Shown: positions 34,043 through 46,300 of the stretch, in pieces
Layout of the letters: each line of letters begins with the position of its first letter
How positions within the stretch are numbered: position 1 is the first letter of the stretch
Virus record (IMG/VR): IMGVR_UViG_3300017912_003441
Span: 55,264-119,263 of that record
DNA: 64,000 nucleotides
Strand: one strand, 5' to 3'
From: a virus
Taxonomy: Duplodnaviria; Caudoviricetes
Translations under genes and position numbers: made by a program
The notes under the pieces: model-generated
What the model was told of the DNA's origin: nothing
The model's database searches: none
The model's input: only the letters and a program-made list of their open reading frames with translations

Positions 34043-37000
34043 TTACTCTTTATACTTCTTCTCAGCAAGTACCTCAGGTCCTTCCCAGCTTTGAACTGCG
34101 GCATCCTTACGTGTACCTATTAATAATACGTTATAATTACCATCGGTTTCAGAGCAAACAATTAAACATTTTTGATCTTCTGTTACTTCTCCATATGCAT
34201 TACCAAAGTGACGATTCGGTGAAATCCATACTTGATCGTTTTTATTAAGATATCTATAGTAATCAGGTAACTCTATTACTGACCTACAATTAGTTGTCTC
34301 TGTTGTCCACCTATAAATATTATCACCTTCGGTTGGAGACTCTACAAACGAGTGTACCAAGTCATATTTCTCTCGTTTAGCAGGATCAGGATGCGGTATA
34401 TTAAAACAACCAGAAGACTTACTCAACGCACCACATATATATGTATTTGTGGTAGATGCATTACCAATGTAAGTTCTATTACAAGCTGTTGTATTAGCGC
34501 AACCTGCATGCTTACCAATACCAATATTATTACCACCAGTTGTATTACCATATAAAGCACCGCAACCAATTGCAACGTTAGTACTACCACCAGTATTACT
34601 ATACATCGCGTAATAACCGAGTGCAACATTTTGACCACCTGTAGTATTAATTCTTAAAGATTTAGCGCCCATTGAAGTATTTTGTTGACCGGTGGTAGTC
34701 GCGTAGGCCGATTGATAACCACTTGAAGTGTTACTACTAGCTGACGTGGTTGCATATAACGCACCAACTCCTACCGCAGTATTCTGACCACCAGTAGTGG
34801 TTTGTTGCATCGCACAACCACCCACAGCGGTATTAGACGAAGCGGTATTATTATATAAAGCGGAAACACCAACCGCGGTGTTCCTAAAGCCAGTAGTATT
34901 TTTGAACAAAGCTTGCATACCAAATGCTGTATTATTATGACCAGTTGTATTACAGCACATAACTCTATACCCACTAGCAGTATTAAAGAACCCTGATGTA
35001 GTAGCTTGCATTGCTTTGAAACCGATCGCAACATTACCAGTCCCTGTACCGCTAGGTAATGCACAATAACCTAAAGTAGTACAACTGCCATTTGCGGAAC
35101 CTGTACTACCACATAAACTACCACCAGCAGATATACCAGTTAAGTTAGATCCATCTCCGTAAAAACCAGAAGTAGCACAAACAACACCACCTCTTACACA
35201 AGTACTACCACATACTCTTGGTGCGACAACACATGACCCAGCGCATACATTCTGGTTATGACATACTCGGTTATAAGAAACTGTAAATTTACGCACCCCA
35301 CCAAATATTGCATCATAACCATAAGTAGCTGACGCACCCATTTCTACTTTAATACCGTATTCAGTAGCAGTACCGACATTTTTACAAACCCTCATAGCCC
35401 AATCACTATTACTGCATTGCCATATTAATAATGCAGTGTCGAGCGATGAATTTCTATCAGCACCGTCTATAACAACCGACCCACATCTACATACTTTTAG
35501 TGGGTGAATCCAGCCGTTACCTGCTGCATTACCAACTCCAAATGTTATACAATTTTGAGTCTGAGACCATGCGTAAATATGATTACCAGTTTGCAGATAA
35601 CCTGGTGTACGTAAATATGAGGAACCTGTAATACCAAGACAAGAGCAAATATTACTAGCAGCTTTAATACAATTGTTAACATATAAACAACCAGCGCAGT
35701 TAAGATGCAGTATGTTAGATCCGGCACAATTTCTAAAAAAGAAACAACCAGTGTTATAGTTTTGGAAGTACAGGTGACATGAATGAGCTTGTATTTTAGT
35801 TTTTTCTCCAGACCAGTTAGAGTGAGTAAAAGTTATACCACAACAAGCATGTACACAGTTAGTAGCTAATACATAAGGAGCCCTCGCGCACGTAGAACCG
35901 ATTATATAAGGTCCGCATACGCTATCAGCCGCGCATAGATGACCAGCTGAGCGAACCACACAAAAACAACCAGTCGTAGCAGAACCATTACCGACTCCTT
36001 GCATTTGTAGGGGGTAAGCAGAGGTATTACAAATAGTACTGTTTCTACAGGTTTGTGCATTAGCGCAAGTTAGTGCACAAACACAAGCACAGTTGCCCGG
36101 GCAAAAGTACGTACACGTACTATGAGGCATTCCTTGAGAATCTGTACCACCAGTGCCATCATATACACAAACACAACTATTACACATAGCATCTGAAGCG
36201 TAACAATAAAGAGCACCACCACCTCTTAGTAATACAATACCACCAGATACTGTATGTACGTGACCGCCTATAACAGTAGTATAAATTTCGCGAACCTGGT
36301 TGACTCTAAAAGATCTATCGTTACCTCCCCATTGGGTATCTGATGTTTGTTCCCAAGTATAATTTAAACCGCCTTTGTGAGTTGATGTATACCATGTATT
36401 AGGAGCAGTAGAATTATAACTTCTATTTATCGAATACCTTTTATATCCGAACGTGTAACCTCTAAAATAACACACAGGGTAAAAAGTATCTGCATCTCCG
36501 CAAACCATAAATTGTCTCCACTTACAGCAACCTTGTGCCATATTAGTTACATTAGCTCCGTTAGAGTAAACATTAGGAGCAGTTACACATCCTGTAGCAC
36601 ATACCGTAGGAGCTCTAAGACAGCTAGCAGCGCATATAATGCCACAATGACAAAGACAGCCTGTATATAGGTTCATTTTCACACTATTACCTATTCTAAA
36701 GTCAGTACAAGAACTAGCTACATGTCGTATAGCCCAATTCCCGTTAGAGTCTAATATACCGATATTGTTACTCGAGTTTCCATATAAATAACCACGTGCT
36801 GTAGTATTATCGCTCGTAGTTATTACTAGAGCAGTATTAGAGTGACACGATCTTAAGTGCATGTACGGAGTATTTGAACATGCTGGATATAGATGTAAGC
36901 TACAGTTACCACTCCAATATAACCCTCTTGTTGCAGAGCCAAATCTTACCCACTCTCCTACACATGTTGCGTTACCTGATACCAAATCACAACCAGCACA

Positions 37001-39199
37001 AACATTACAATTAGCTTGCATACAACTTACTGCTAATATACAACCCGCAGACCTTAAGCCCCAGTTTGTAGTCGCGTTAGAACAAAATCTTCCATTATTG
37101 TATGCACAAACAACACCAGTACCCCCACCGTGTATACCTGCTGTATGACTACTAAAATAAAGTCCATTATTACCTGTAATTCTGTACCAATCAGATGTAA
37201 CACATATACCACCAGCAGATACAATTGCACAAGATCCTGTCGCTGTTGAGCAAATCCGACCACCTACAATATTACCATATACACAAGTTGTATTACACAA
37301 TCTGATATCAGTACTAGAGTTTACTAAAATTCTAGCATTACCACCAGAGTCATATATATGAATTTGATTATCACAATTAAAATGTAAACAACCACGCCCA
37401 GCACCACAACTAAATCCTTGTAGACCGATATTATTAGCTTGACCACTATAAAACCGAACATTATTTGTCGCAGTAGAATAAAAATGAAATCCTGTACCTG
37501 TGTTATATAGTCCTTGACCTGAATTAGCATTTCTAAACCACGAACCAGAACAAATTTCAGTACCACATATATTACCTGTAGAGTGTACACAAGCTGTTCT
37601 TACACAAGTTGTACCACAAATAGCAGCACTCTGTACACATGATGTACCACAAATAACAGGTGCGTATAATTTACCTGTAAGAATCTGACCACCGTCTTGT
37701 ATACACTGTAAATTTACACTAGCACTGGTACAATAACAACCAGCAGGCCAACAAGCATTAAAACATGAAGTACTATAAGGTACACATGCATCACAACACC
37801 ACGAATTTAGAAAATACCAACCACTTGAGTGTATATTATCTCCTGCTTCATATGCTACGAGATTATTAGTCGCATCACACACATAAACCTGCAAAGCAGC
37901 ACCGTCGTATGTACTAGAATCCTTTATTCGAATACACTGCATAGGTTGATTAATATATCTACTATAGCTTAATACATTAATACTGTTACCTTCTCCATAC
38001 ATATGAGTGGCATAAAACACAACATATTGATGCCTACTACCAGTTGTATCTCTAAGAACAAATCTACCACCAGCTCTACTACCTGTATTAATAAAAATTG
38101 TATGCCAACCTACAGGAAGATTAGCGCTTGCATTTACTTGAGGTAAATAACGGGTACCCATAATACTCCATGTCGGGAACGAACGAGTCATACTAGTTGT
38201 AGAACACAAACAATTAACGCTCAACTGACCAGCTATTGTATTACACACATCCCCAACGGTACATATAGAACATACACGTGCTTGACCTGTTGCACAAACA
38301 GTAGCTCCTCTAAGACAACTAGTACCACATATTCTCGGAGATTGTAAACAAACACAACCGTATACTCCACCGCCTTGACACATTACCATAGCTGTAGTGC
38401 CATTAGGATTTGCTGTGGCATCGGCGCAGTTATTTACTACAAACTCAAACCGACCTCCTCCTGCTTCATCTCCTGCTATTATTTGGTTCACACCGTTATT
38501 ACCAAGTTGAAGTTTATTCCAGCAAAATAATCCTCTATAATTATTATTCCCGTCGCTATAACGAGCTGCATAAATCGGATATTTTATACAACCTGTACAA
38601 GAACATATAAAACCACATGATGTGGAAGCGAACCTCAAACCCTGGTGGTTCAACTGAGCTAAATTTTGTGTTGTACCAGACCCATTATCTTCTTGCCAAA
38701 CAAACCCTCTCTGGTAACTAGTACCAGACCCGTTGTTACCTAACATTTTAAAATACATATTATAATCGCCTTGTGACCAAAGCTCACCAGCTCCACTACC
38801 TCCGGTCGAAGACATATATATTTTATAACTCTGGGAACCGTTCCAGAATCTAATACCGTTACCATCCCCAGCGTCAACAAGGTAATTGTCTGAGTATGTA
38901 TTACCAGAACTACGAAGACAGGAAGCAGCACACACAGTAGGAGTACACAAAGTATTACAAACTTTAGTATGAGTAGAGCCAGAGTCTCCGATGATAATAG
39001 GACAGTTACCAGCCGCGCGAAAATGGAGATTAGTACAACTCTGTATTGTGTTATATAAGTTCTCTGAACCAACACATATATTACCAAAGCGCACACAACC
39101 ACTAGCGTTATCACTATTCGCACGTATAGTAGGAGTACATAAGGTACTTCCTGCAGTAAGCTCGACTACTTTTCCATATTGTTGACTTAATAATCCCAT
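34043..39199 (-). CDS. Cys-rich tail fibre/adhesin, 1718 aa
   Basis: Gly/Ser/Thr/Cys-rich beta segments, NTAxG repeats, C-terminal SGCFNIPHP...LPDYY chaperone-like domain. Confidence 0.85.
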   Translation of the reverse strand: MGLLSQQYGKVVELTAGSTLCTPTIRANSDNASGCVRFGNICVGSENLYNTIQSCTNLHFRAAGNCPIIIGDSGSTHTKVCNTLCTPTVCAASCLRSSGNTYSDNYLVDAGDGNGIRFWNGSQSYKIYMSSTGGSGAGELWSQGDYNMYFKMLGNNGSGTSYQRGFVWQEDNGSGTTQNLAQLNHQGLRFASTSCGFICSCTGCIKYPIYAARYSDGNNNYRGLFCWNKLQLGNNGVNQIIAGDEAGGGRFEFVVNNCADATANPNGTTAMVMCQGGGVYGCVCLQSPRICGTSCLRGATVCATGQARVCSICTVGDVCNTIAGQLSVNCLCSTTSMTRSFPTWSIMGTRYLPQVNASANLPVGWHTIFINTGSRAGGRFVLRDTTGSRHQYVVFYATHMYGEGNSINVLSYSRYINQPMQCIRIKDSSTYDGAALQVYVCDATNNLVAYEAGDNIHSSGWYFLNSWCCDACVPYSTSCFNACWPAGCYCTSASVNLQCIQDGGQILTGKLYAPVICGTSCVQSAAICGTTCVRTACVHSTGNICGTEICSGSWFRNANSGQGLYNTGTGFHFYSTATNNVRFYSGQANNIGLQGFSCGAGRGCLHFNCDNQIHIYDSGGNARILVNSSTDIRLCNTTCVYGNIVGGRICSTATGSCAIVSAGGICVTSDWYRITGNNGLYFSSHTAGIHGGGTGVVCAYNNGRFCSNATTNWGLRSAGCILAVSCMQANCNVCAGCDLVSGNATCVGEWVRFGSATRGLYWSGNCSLHLYPACSNTPYMHLRSCHSNTALVITTSDNTTARGYLYGNSSNNIGILDSNGNWAIRHVASSCTDFRIGNSVKMNLYTGCLCHCGIICAASCLRAPTVCATGCVTAPNVYSNGANVTNMAQGCCKWRQFMVCGDADTFYPVCYFRGYTFGYKRYSINRSYNSTAPNTWYTSTHKGGLNYTWEQTSDTQWGGNDRSFRVNQVREIYTTVIGGHVHTVSGGIVLLRGGGALYCYASDAMCNSCVCVYDGTGGTDSQGMPHSTCTYFCPGNCACVCALTCANAQTCRNSTICNTSAYPLQMQGVGNGSATTGCFCVVRSAGHLCAADSVCGPYIIGSTCARAPYVLATNCVHACCGITFTHSNWSGEKTKIQAHSCHLYFQNYNTGCFFFRNCAGSNILHLNCAGCLYVNNCIKAASNICSCLGITGSSYLRTPGYLQTGNHIYAWSQTQNCITFGVGNAAGNGWIHPLKVCRCGSVVIDGADRNSSLDTALLIWQCSNSDWAMRVCKNVGTATEYGIKVEMGASATYGYDAIFGGVRKFTVSYNRVCHNQNVCAGSCVVAPRVCGSTCVRGGVVCATSGFYGDGSNLTGISAGGSLCGSTGSANGSCTTLGYCALPSGTGTGNVAIGFKAMQATTSGFFNTASGYRVMCCNTTGHNNTAFGMQALFKNTTGFRNTAVGVSALYNNTASSNTAVGGCAMQQTTTGGQNTAVGVGALYATTSASSNTSSGYQSAYATTTGQQNTSMGAKSLRINTTGGQNVALGYYAMYSNTGGSTNVAIGCGALYGNTTGGNNIGIGKHAGCANTTACNRTYIGNASTTNTYICGALSKSSGCFNIPHPDPAKREKYDLVHSFVESPTEGDNIYRWTTETTNCRSVIELPDYYRYLNKNDQVWISPNRHFGNAYGEVTEDQKCLIVCSETDGNYNVLLIGTRKDAAVQSWEGPEVLAEKKYKE

Positions 39200-39205
39200 A
39201 GTATT

Positions 39206-42200
39206 TTAAAAAACTCTTTTAATTTTCACACATGTGTTATTTTTATATGACCCGCCCGCTACTTGAATTTGCAAGCAAGTTGCACAAGCAGCAGCATAAC
39301 ACTCGCACCCTGTTGTACCGACTAGTAATTTAGGTACGGCAGTTATTGTCCCACCACCCGAATCATGTACAGTACCTCTAACAAAATTATTTACGTGGTT
39401 AATGTACTTAGTCACTGCTGAACCACTCCAACCTGTGGTAACATATACTGACATATGTACTATATCTCTATATGATCCTGAACCAGCACAATTCGGGTTA
39501 GCTGAAACATATACATCATATACTGCATCATACCCTGTTACACAACTAGTATTAAAACAAATAGTACCCGTACACATAGTAGCGCATGAAAGGGTATCTC
39601 CTTCCATACCATCAGCACAAACCGTACCTGTAACGCATAGATTACCATGAACTTTTGTAAACTGACATATATGAGTTGTACCTGATGTAATTGTAATTCT
39701 TTCTGCTGCAGTACTATTTGCGCAACCTCTATGCAGTATTAAATCTTCATCATAAGAACCAATACAACCAGTATTTACGATCCATGGTTTATTTACATAA
39801 AATTTACTTCTATCAGTTATAAAATGGCCCCAACTACCTGTTGGGCAAATGTCTATATACCCAGCAGAAGAACACGTACGAGACCCATTAGCTAGAGTGC
39901 GGAATCTCGCCGCACCTGCTTGATAAAGGTAAGTAGAAGAACCACTACCAAAATATAGCACCCATTGATTGCAAGAATCGTTATAAATACCACCACCACC
40001 ACAATCTGATGCTGACATAAAAGTTGTTCCACAGAAATGAACACCACCATACCCTCCTTTGTTTCCTTCAATTGCCAATGCACCGTAATCAGAAGGTGCA
40101 CTACCACTACTAGAAATAACATTAGTAGCTAAACATGTTGTACCACAAACTTTACCAGCAACAAATGTACTGTTACTAGAGTCTCCGTCATGCCTTTTAA
40201 GAGCTAAACTAGGGGCAGAGTAAGTGCCACCGGTCTGGAGATATGGGCCGCAATTAGATGGATAACACCACCTAACAATACTACCAGAAGTCTCAATAAC
40301 ATTCCCCGTAACACAACTTGTAGCACAAAGAACGGAACCATGCACGCAAGCATTTAACATTTTACTTGAACCAATATAAAATCCTGAAGCTCCAGCTGTT
40401 TGATCTATACGTACTGTAGTTGAATCTTCAGTACTATCAAAGTGAAACGAATTTCCAGCACCACTAGCATCACAAGAATCAGCATGAAAATGTCTAAGGT
40501 AACCTCTCTGGGTACTTGCAGGATTATCATTAAACATAATTGACGTACCACCACCATTAAGACTATTAACAAGGTTAAGAGCATAACAAGCAGTCCCTCC
40601 GTCTTGAATTGCATTTAATACACCTACAGCACAGGTACCTGCAACTGTTAACTTACCTCCTGTAATTGTACAAGTAGCTCGTAAACACACACTAGTAAAA
40701 TCTTCTCCTAAAGATAATATACCACTATTACCTTCTATCGCGCGGTTACCCCCTATACAAACCCGACTAGCTGATCCCCCATAAAGACCAATATTTTTCA
40801 TGAAGCAATGGGTATGACAACTATATATGGTGCCAGACTGGTCACCTACTATTTTAAGAGACCAAGTACCAGCGCAATTCAATAAACCAAAATTACTAGT
40901 ACCATCATGATAAACATATCCTCGAACACAACCTTGACAGTCCCTAAACTGTATACCACCTATCAAACAACAACCATTACAAACACACATGTATGGAGTA
41001 GCACCATAATTTTTAATTACACAAGTTTGTATTGGTTTACAAAAAACAACACAAGAACTACTACATAGTCTAATATGTTCTGGTCCTTCATTATAAAATT
41101 TGGTATCAGAACCATCATTAGCAACGAAGAAATAATCAGTACCAGCTCCAATACCGTCAGAACCGTCAGAATCTAATGCTAGATAAGCTCTACTACCAGA
41201 ACCAGCGGTATCAGTACCTAACTTATAACCACGTGAACCATTGTTCATGCATATATCGCCCTGAGGTACAGCAGTACCACATATACATGTAGTAGAGCTC
41301 GATGTACAAAATATAGTACCTCTATTAGGTACAGATACTAAACAAGAACCTGTACAAGAATCAGGATCTACAAAAGAGTTACATGCTATCCATCCACTAG
41401 TGGGTCCGTGATCGACTGTATAATAACTACCAGCCCCTGTATAACTACCAAACCGTCCAAAAAATTCATAAAAACTTGAATTAACTTCATGTACAATAAA
41501 ACAGTGAGGAGCTCCGCATTCATGTTTAGTACTACCTTCTATAAAGGAATGTACAGCTGCACATACACTTGAACCACTTGCACCTTCAGTAGTATTTGCA
41601 GTTTGAAATATAAGTGTTGTTTCTTGAGTAGAGTCTGAATTGCTGCCATAACCATTACTCGCGACAACTTTCATCTGCATTTTATAACCGTGTTGCGGTA
41701 TACACATCGCTCCAAACTTTAACCAACACGTAGCATTACCAGTCTGCGGTACTAGGTAACCTTGTCGAGAATTTAACAACCAAGAACCACCAGGGTAAAG
41801 CCTTCCAGCAGTCATCCAGTCGTTACAAGCCATATTACCGCTACAAAAATGAAAGCACCCAGTATAACCTTGCGGGTATAATCTACATCCTTGGAAGTAA
41901 GAAGAAGCATATATCCACCCACTTCCCGATGATCTAATACCTTTACATGCTGTAAAACTACCATCAGTACAAAATAAAGCACATTGTGAGTTATTAAGTC
42001 TAAATGATATAGGTTGGCCGGTAGCTGCATTTAAAAGTGTTTGTCCTGAGGAGTTTTGCAGTAATGCATAATCCCCGGATGCGTCTCCATCCAAATGACC
42101 AAAACCAGCCCAATCGTTCGCTATACAGCACATACAACCGATTTTAGCTCTACCTATTGTTGCATAAGCATCTAGATCGTGTGCAGCGCATATTACTGCA

Positions 42201-43219
42201 GCTCCTCCAGAACCACAAATGTTCATAGGCTGACAACTAGTTGTTTTAGCAGTACCTATATTAATTCTATTTGTAGTACTACCAGTACGCGAAAGAGTTA
42301 AATCCTCATCGTAAGACTTTACATGACCACCATCTACGGCAATAGGGGCATTAAAATAAAAGCAGTTTCTATCAGTGGTTATATGAGCCCAACTGGAGTT
42401 ACCAGGACCAATTTTTATCCAGCCATACTGCGTAGTATGTAGCAGTTGATCATCACTTGAAGATAATTTACTAGAACCACAAGCACCATAAAATGTACAA
42501 GCAGTAGCTCTTAATATTGGTGTATAAACTTTATTACAAACTGTTAACTCTCCTCCATCTAAACACATCTTAGTAGTAGAGTTTGGTTCCCATACCATTT
42601 TATAGTCACCACCACCAGTAGAAAATCTTAAATTAGCGCCATAATTTCTTAGCTGACCGGTACCGCTAATATAAAGAGTTTTGTTATTTAACATCCATGC
42701 ACCTGTGGGCTCTACTCGAAATATATCGCACAACGAACCATTAATAGTAACCGTGTTGAGAATTACGCCACATTCACTACCAGAACCAACATTACGAATA
42801 CATCCTTTTATACTTGCATACTCTGTTTCATTTCCTGCAGCATCCTTACCACTAAATTTAATATGGCCTAAAGAATCGTTATTAGCTGGGCTGGCTGAGT
42901 CTCTATACAGTTTAAAATCAGGAGCAGCAGACGCACCTGCTTCTGTAGATACAATAGTAAAGTTATCAGTTGCACTTGTAGTTGTAGCTGTTACAGTAGT
43001 ATTAAGAGTAGTACAGGTACCATGAACTGTAAGGTTTCCGCAGACTTCGAGCGTATCTTTGAATATACCAGTATGAGCTGATAAAGATTGAAAACGGGTC
43101 CGACCTGTATTAGTCTTACATAATCTAAAGCGTGTTCTTGTATTAACATCAGCTCCAGAACGTAACTCAAAGTCTTCATCGGAATGTATTACTCCATTGG
43201 TTATAACAATTTTCGCCAT
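39206..43219 (-). CDS. Cys-rich tail fibre, 1337 aa
   Basis: Fibre modules (GNLTVHG, HITTDR..FYFN) shared with neighbouring genes. Confidence 0.85.
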   Translation of the reverse strand: MAKIVITNGVIHSDEDFELRSGADVNTRTRFRLCKTNTGRTRFQSLSAHTGIFKDTLEVCGNLTVHGTCTTLNTTVTATTTSATDNFTIVSTEAGASAAPDFKLYRDSASPANNDSLGHIKFSGKDAAGNETEYASIKGCIRNVGSGSECGVILNTVTINGSLCDIFRVEPTGAWMLNNKTLYISGTGQLRNYGANLRFSTGGGDYKMVWEPNSTTKMCLDGGELTVCNKVYTPILRATACTFYGACGSSKLSSSDDQLLHTTQYGWIKIGPGNSSWAHITTDRNCFYFNAPIAVDGGHVKSYDEDLTLSRTGSTTNRINIGTAKTTSCQPMNICGSGGAAVICAAHDLDAYATIGRAKIGCMCCIANDWAGFGHLDGDASGDYALLQNSSGQTLLNAATGQPISFRLNNSQCALFCTDGSFTACKGIRSSGSGWIYASSYFQGCRLYPQGYTGCFHFCSGNMACNDWMTAGRLYPGGSWLLNSRQGYLVPQTGNATCWLKFGAMCIPQHGYKMQMKVVASNGYGSNSDSTQETTLIFQTANTTEGASGSSVCAAVHSFIEGSTKHECGAPHCFIVHEVNSSFYEFFGRFGSYTGAGSYYTVDHGPTSGWIACNSFVDPDSCTGSCLVSVPNRGTIFCTSSSTTCICGTAVPQGDICMNNGSRGYKLGTDTAGSGSRAYLALDSDGSDGIGAGTDYFFVANDGSDTKFYNEGPEHIRLCSSSCVVFCKPIQTCVIKNYGATPYMCVCNGCCLIGGIQFRDCQGCVRGYVYHDGTSNFGLLNCAGTWSLKIVGDQSGTIYSCHTHCFMKNIGLYGGSASRVCIGGNRAIEGNSGILSLGEDFTSVCLRATCTITGGKLTVAGTCAVGVLNAIQDGGTACYALNLVNSLNGGGTSIMFNDNPASTQRGYLRHFHADSCDASGAGNSFHFDSTEDSTTVRIDQTAGASGFYIGSSKMLNACVHGSVLCATSCVTGNVIETSGSIVRWCYPSNCGPYLQTGGTYSAPSLALKRHDGDSSNSTFVAGKVCGTTCLATNVISSSGSAPSDYGALAIEGNKGGYGGVHFCGTTFMSASDCGGGGIYNDSCNQWVLYFGSGSSTYLYQAGAARFRTLANGSRTCSSAGYIDICPTGSWGHFITDRSKFYVNKPWIVNTGCIGSYDEDLILHRGCANSTAAERITITSGTTHICQFTKVHGNLCVTGTVCADGMEGDTLSCATMCTGTICFNTSCVTGYDAVYDVYVSANPNCAGSGSYRDIVHMSVYVTTGWSGSAVTKYINHVNNFVRGTVHDSGGGTITAVPKLLVGTTGCECYAAACATCLQIQVAGGSYKNNTCVKIKRVF

Positions 43220-43300
43220 ACTCTTTAATTATTTATTTTTCAAACCCCTTAATGTAAAATCTCACAAAGTTTTGCAAAAAGATTTTCTCGAGATCTCTAG

Positions 43301-46300
43301 TTACATTTTCCTAATCATAGCCTTGATAGTATAGCTATCACCTTCTCCAGACTCTAATGCCTGAGCAATAACTTTACCAAACAAGTTGTTACTAAATCCT
43401 TTCTTTCCATGTCCTCTCTTGTCAGATGTAACAATAAAGTCTCCTTCGTTAATTGGTCCTGTAACTAATACTGGCTCAGCTCCAAGTATGATTGGTGATT
43501 CATTATCATCTGCAGCTACACCTAATACTGTTACATCGTATTCTTCTTCACAAGGTATAGCTTTACCATCTTTCCATATCAATACCGTTCCTGTAGGATT
43601 GCCCTTTATCTCAAAGGAGCTGAGGTTACTTTCCATAAACGCACCAGTAGTAAGGCAGTTAGTAGAAATGTTCGGGACAACTGAGCAGACCGTTGCACTG
43701 TTACCAATGTATGTATAGTTGCTAGCCGAAGCTGTAACTACTTCACCAATTGCAATTGTATTACAAAAACTACCACAGGTTGGTCCAGAACTAGCTCCGA
43801 TTGCAATGTTACAATGCCCTGTGGTAATAACACAACCTGCATTGGTACCAACTGCAACGTTTTTACAACCTGTTGTAGCGCAATATAAAGCATTATAACC
43901 ACTTGCCGTGTTCTGACATCCAGTAGAAACATTAAATGCTGCTCTATAACCAAGCGCTGCATTAAAAGTACCAGTACTGTTATCCATTAACGCCTGATAA
44001 CCTACAGCGGTATTATTATTAGCTGTTGTATTAGTGCATAAAGCATGATGACCAATTGCGACGTTATTAGCGCCAGTGGTAAGTTTGTGCATTGCTGCAG
44101 TACCTATTGCAACATTATTACAATGAGTAGTACCACATCTCATCGACACATAACCAATAGCTATGTTACAACTACCAGAGGAAGTATTAACCATAGCCGA
44201 ACTACCTAATGCAACGTTTCTATTACCAGTTGTAATAGAGCAACCAGAAGCATAACCATACGCAGTATTACCACAACCTGTTGTGTTAGCAATTAAAGAG
44301 TTCCACCCTGCAGCCGTTATGCAACAACCTGTTGTGTTCGCACACATAGCTGCAGCCCCTATAGCTGTATTACCGGAACCTGTTGTAGTATTAACAGCAG
44401 CGTAACATCCAACAGCTATGTTGTTATTAGCTGTTGTGTTATTTGTTAATGCTCCATATCCAATAGCAACTATACCACAACCTGTTGTATTGGATTGAGC
44501 TGCAGCTCTACCAACTATAGTATTAAAACCACCTGTTGTATTAGCGCATAAAGAGTTCCTACCAACTGCAACGTTATGATTACCGCATGTATTAGCTAAG
44601 AGTGCATTAGCGCCTACCGCAACGTTATCTCCACCGCTTACATTAGCTATCATTGTTTGATAACCAATCGCAGTATTAGCCCCTCCACATGACGTTGTAG
44701 AGTTACCACATAACGCTCTGTGACCAAGTGCTGTATTAAAGTTACCTACATTATTATAATACATAGATTGATAACCTACAGTAGTATTATGACAACCAGT
44801 AGTGTTACAAATCATAGCCGCATATCCAACTGCAACCATACACCCTATTGTAGCTTTACATAAAGCATATGTACCAATGGCAGTACTATTACTACCAGTA
44901 CTATTAGCTCGATGTGCGTAATGACCTATACCAACATTCTGACCACCAGTAGTGTTACAATTAAGAGAATAATAACCACTAGCAGTATTGTTATTACCTG
45001 TGGTATTTCTACGTAATGACCAACCACCGAATGCTTGGTTTCTGACACCACTTGTATTAAAAGCTAAAGCATCTGGACCAACTGCTACGTTTCTACAACC
45101 GTCACTGTTTGTTAAAAGAGCGTTTTTTCCTACCGCGACATTTTCTTTTGCACCTCCTCCGCTGTTATTTCTTAAAGCACATTGGCCTACTGCAACATTA
45201 AAGCTCGCGCAAGTATTATAATATAAAGCGCCATGACCGACTGCTGTGTTAGAAGCGCCAGTAATATTAGCATATAAAGAACATGCACCAACTGCAACGT
45301 TATTGTTAGCTGTTGTGTTACAATGTAAAGCGTCATGACCGACTGCAATGTTATCATCACCAGTAGTATTTTTGTATAAGGAGCGAGTACCAAATGTCGA
45401 GTTACGCGTACCAGTTGTAGTATTTCTCGAAGATTGATAACCAAAAGAAGAATTACATGCACCAGTTGTATTTAACTGAGATGCACAATTACCAACTGCG
45501 GTGTTACATGCTCCTGTTGAGTTAGTGCATAACGCTCTATAACCAACTGCAGTATTATTACAAGCAGTAGTATTACAATATAAAGCATCTCTACCAACTG
45601 CAGTATTATTGTTACCTGATGTATTTTTTAACATCGCGTTGTAACCTAAAGCTGTATTATTATTACCGGTGTTGCATTGCATGGTATTATAACCCATTGC
45701 TACGTTATATGTACCAGCACCACACTGCATAACCCAAGCTCCGACTGCAACATTACGACAACCAGTTGTATTACAGTATAACGCACAGTTACCTACAGCT
45801 GTATTAGCACAACCAGTAGTGGTTTTATTGAGCGCTCTGAAACCTACTGCTGTGTTAACACAAGCACATGTACTAGATATCAAAGCAAATGTACCAACCG
45901 CAGTATTTTTGGCGCCACTTGTATTAACATATAAAGAACATGCACCAACTGCTGTATTATAATCAGACGTTGTACTCGAAAAACCTGCTCCATAACCAAC
46001 TCCCGTATTATTACAACCTGTGGTACTATTACGTACAGCATTCATACCAACCGCTGTGTTTTGTGTACCAGTTGTATTACTACACAAGCTATGTGAACCA
46101 ACCGCAGTATTATTAATACCTGATGAGTTACTCAAAGCGGCTCTATTACCAAACGCTGTATTATTATTACCGGTGTTGCATTTTAAAGAATAAAAACCAC
46201 TAGCAGTACTACCTGTTGCAGTTGTGTTAGCTGTCAACGCTTTATAACCAACTGCAGTATTACAAGTACCTGTTGTGTTTGCATAAAGAGCATAACTACC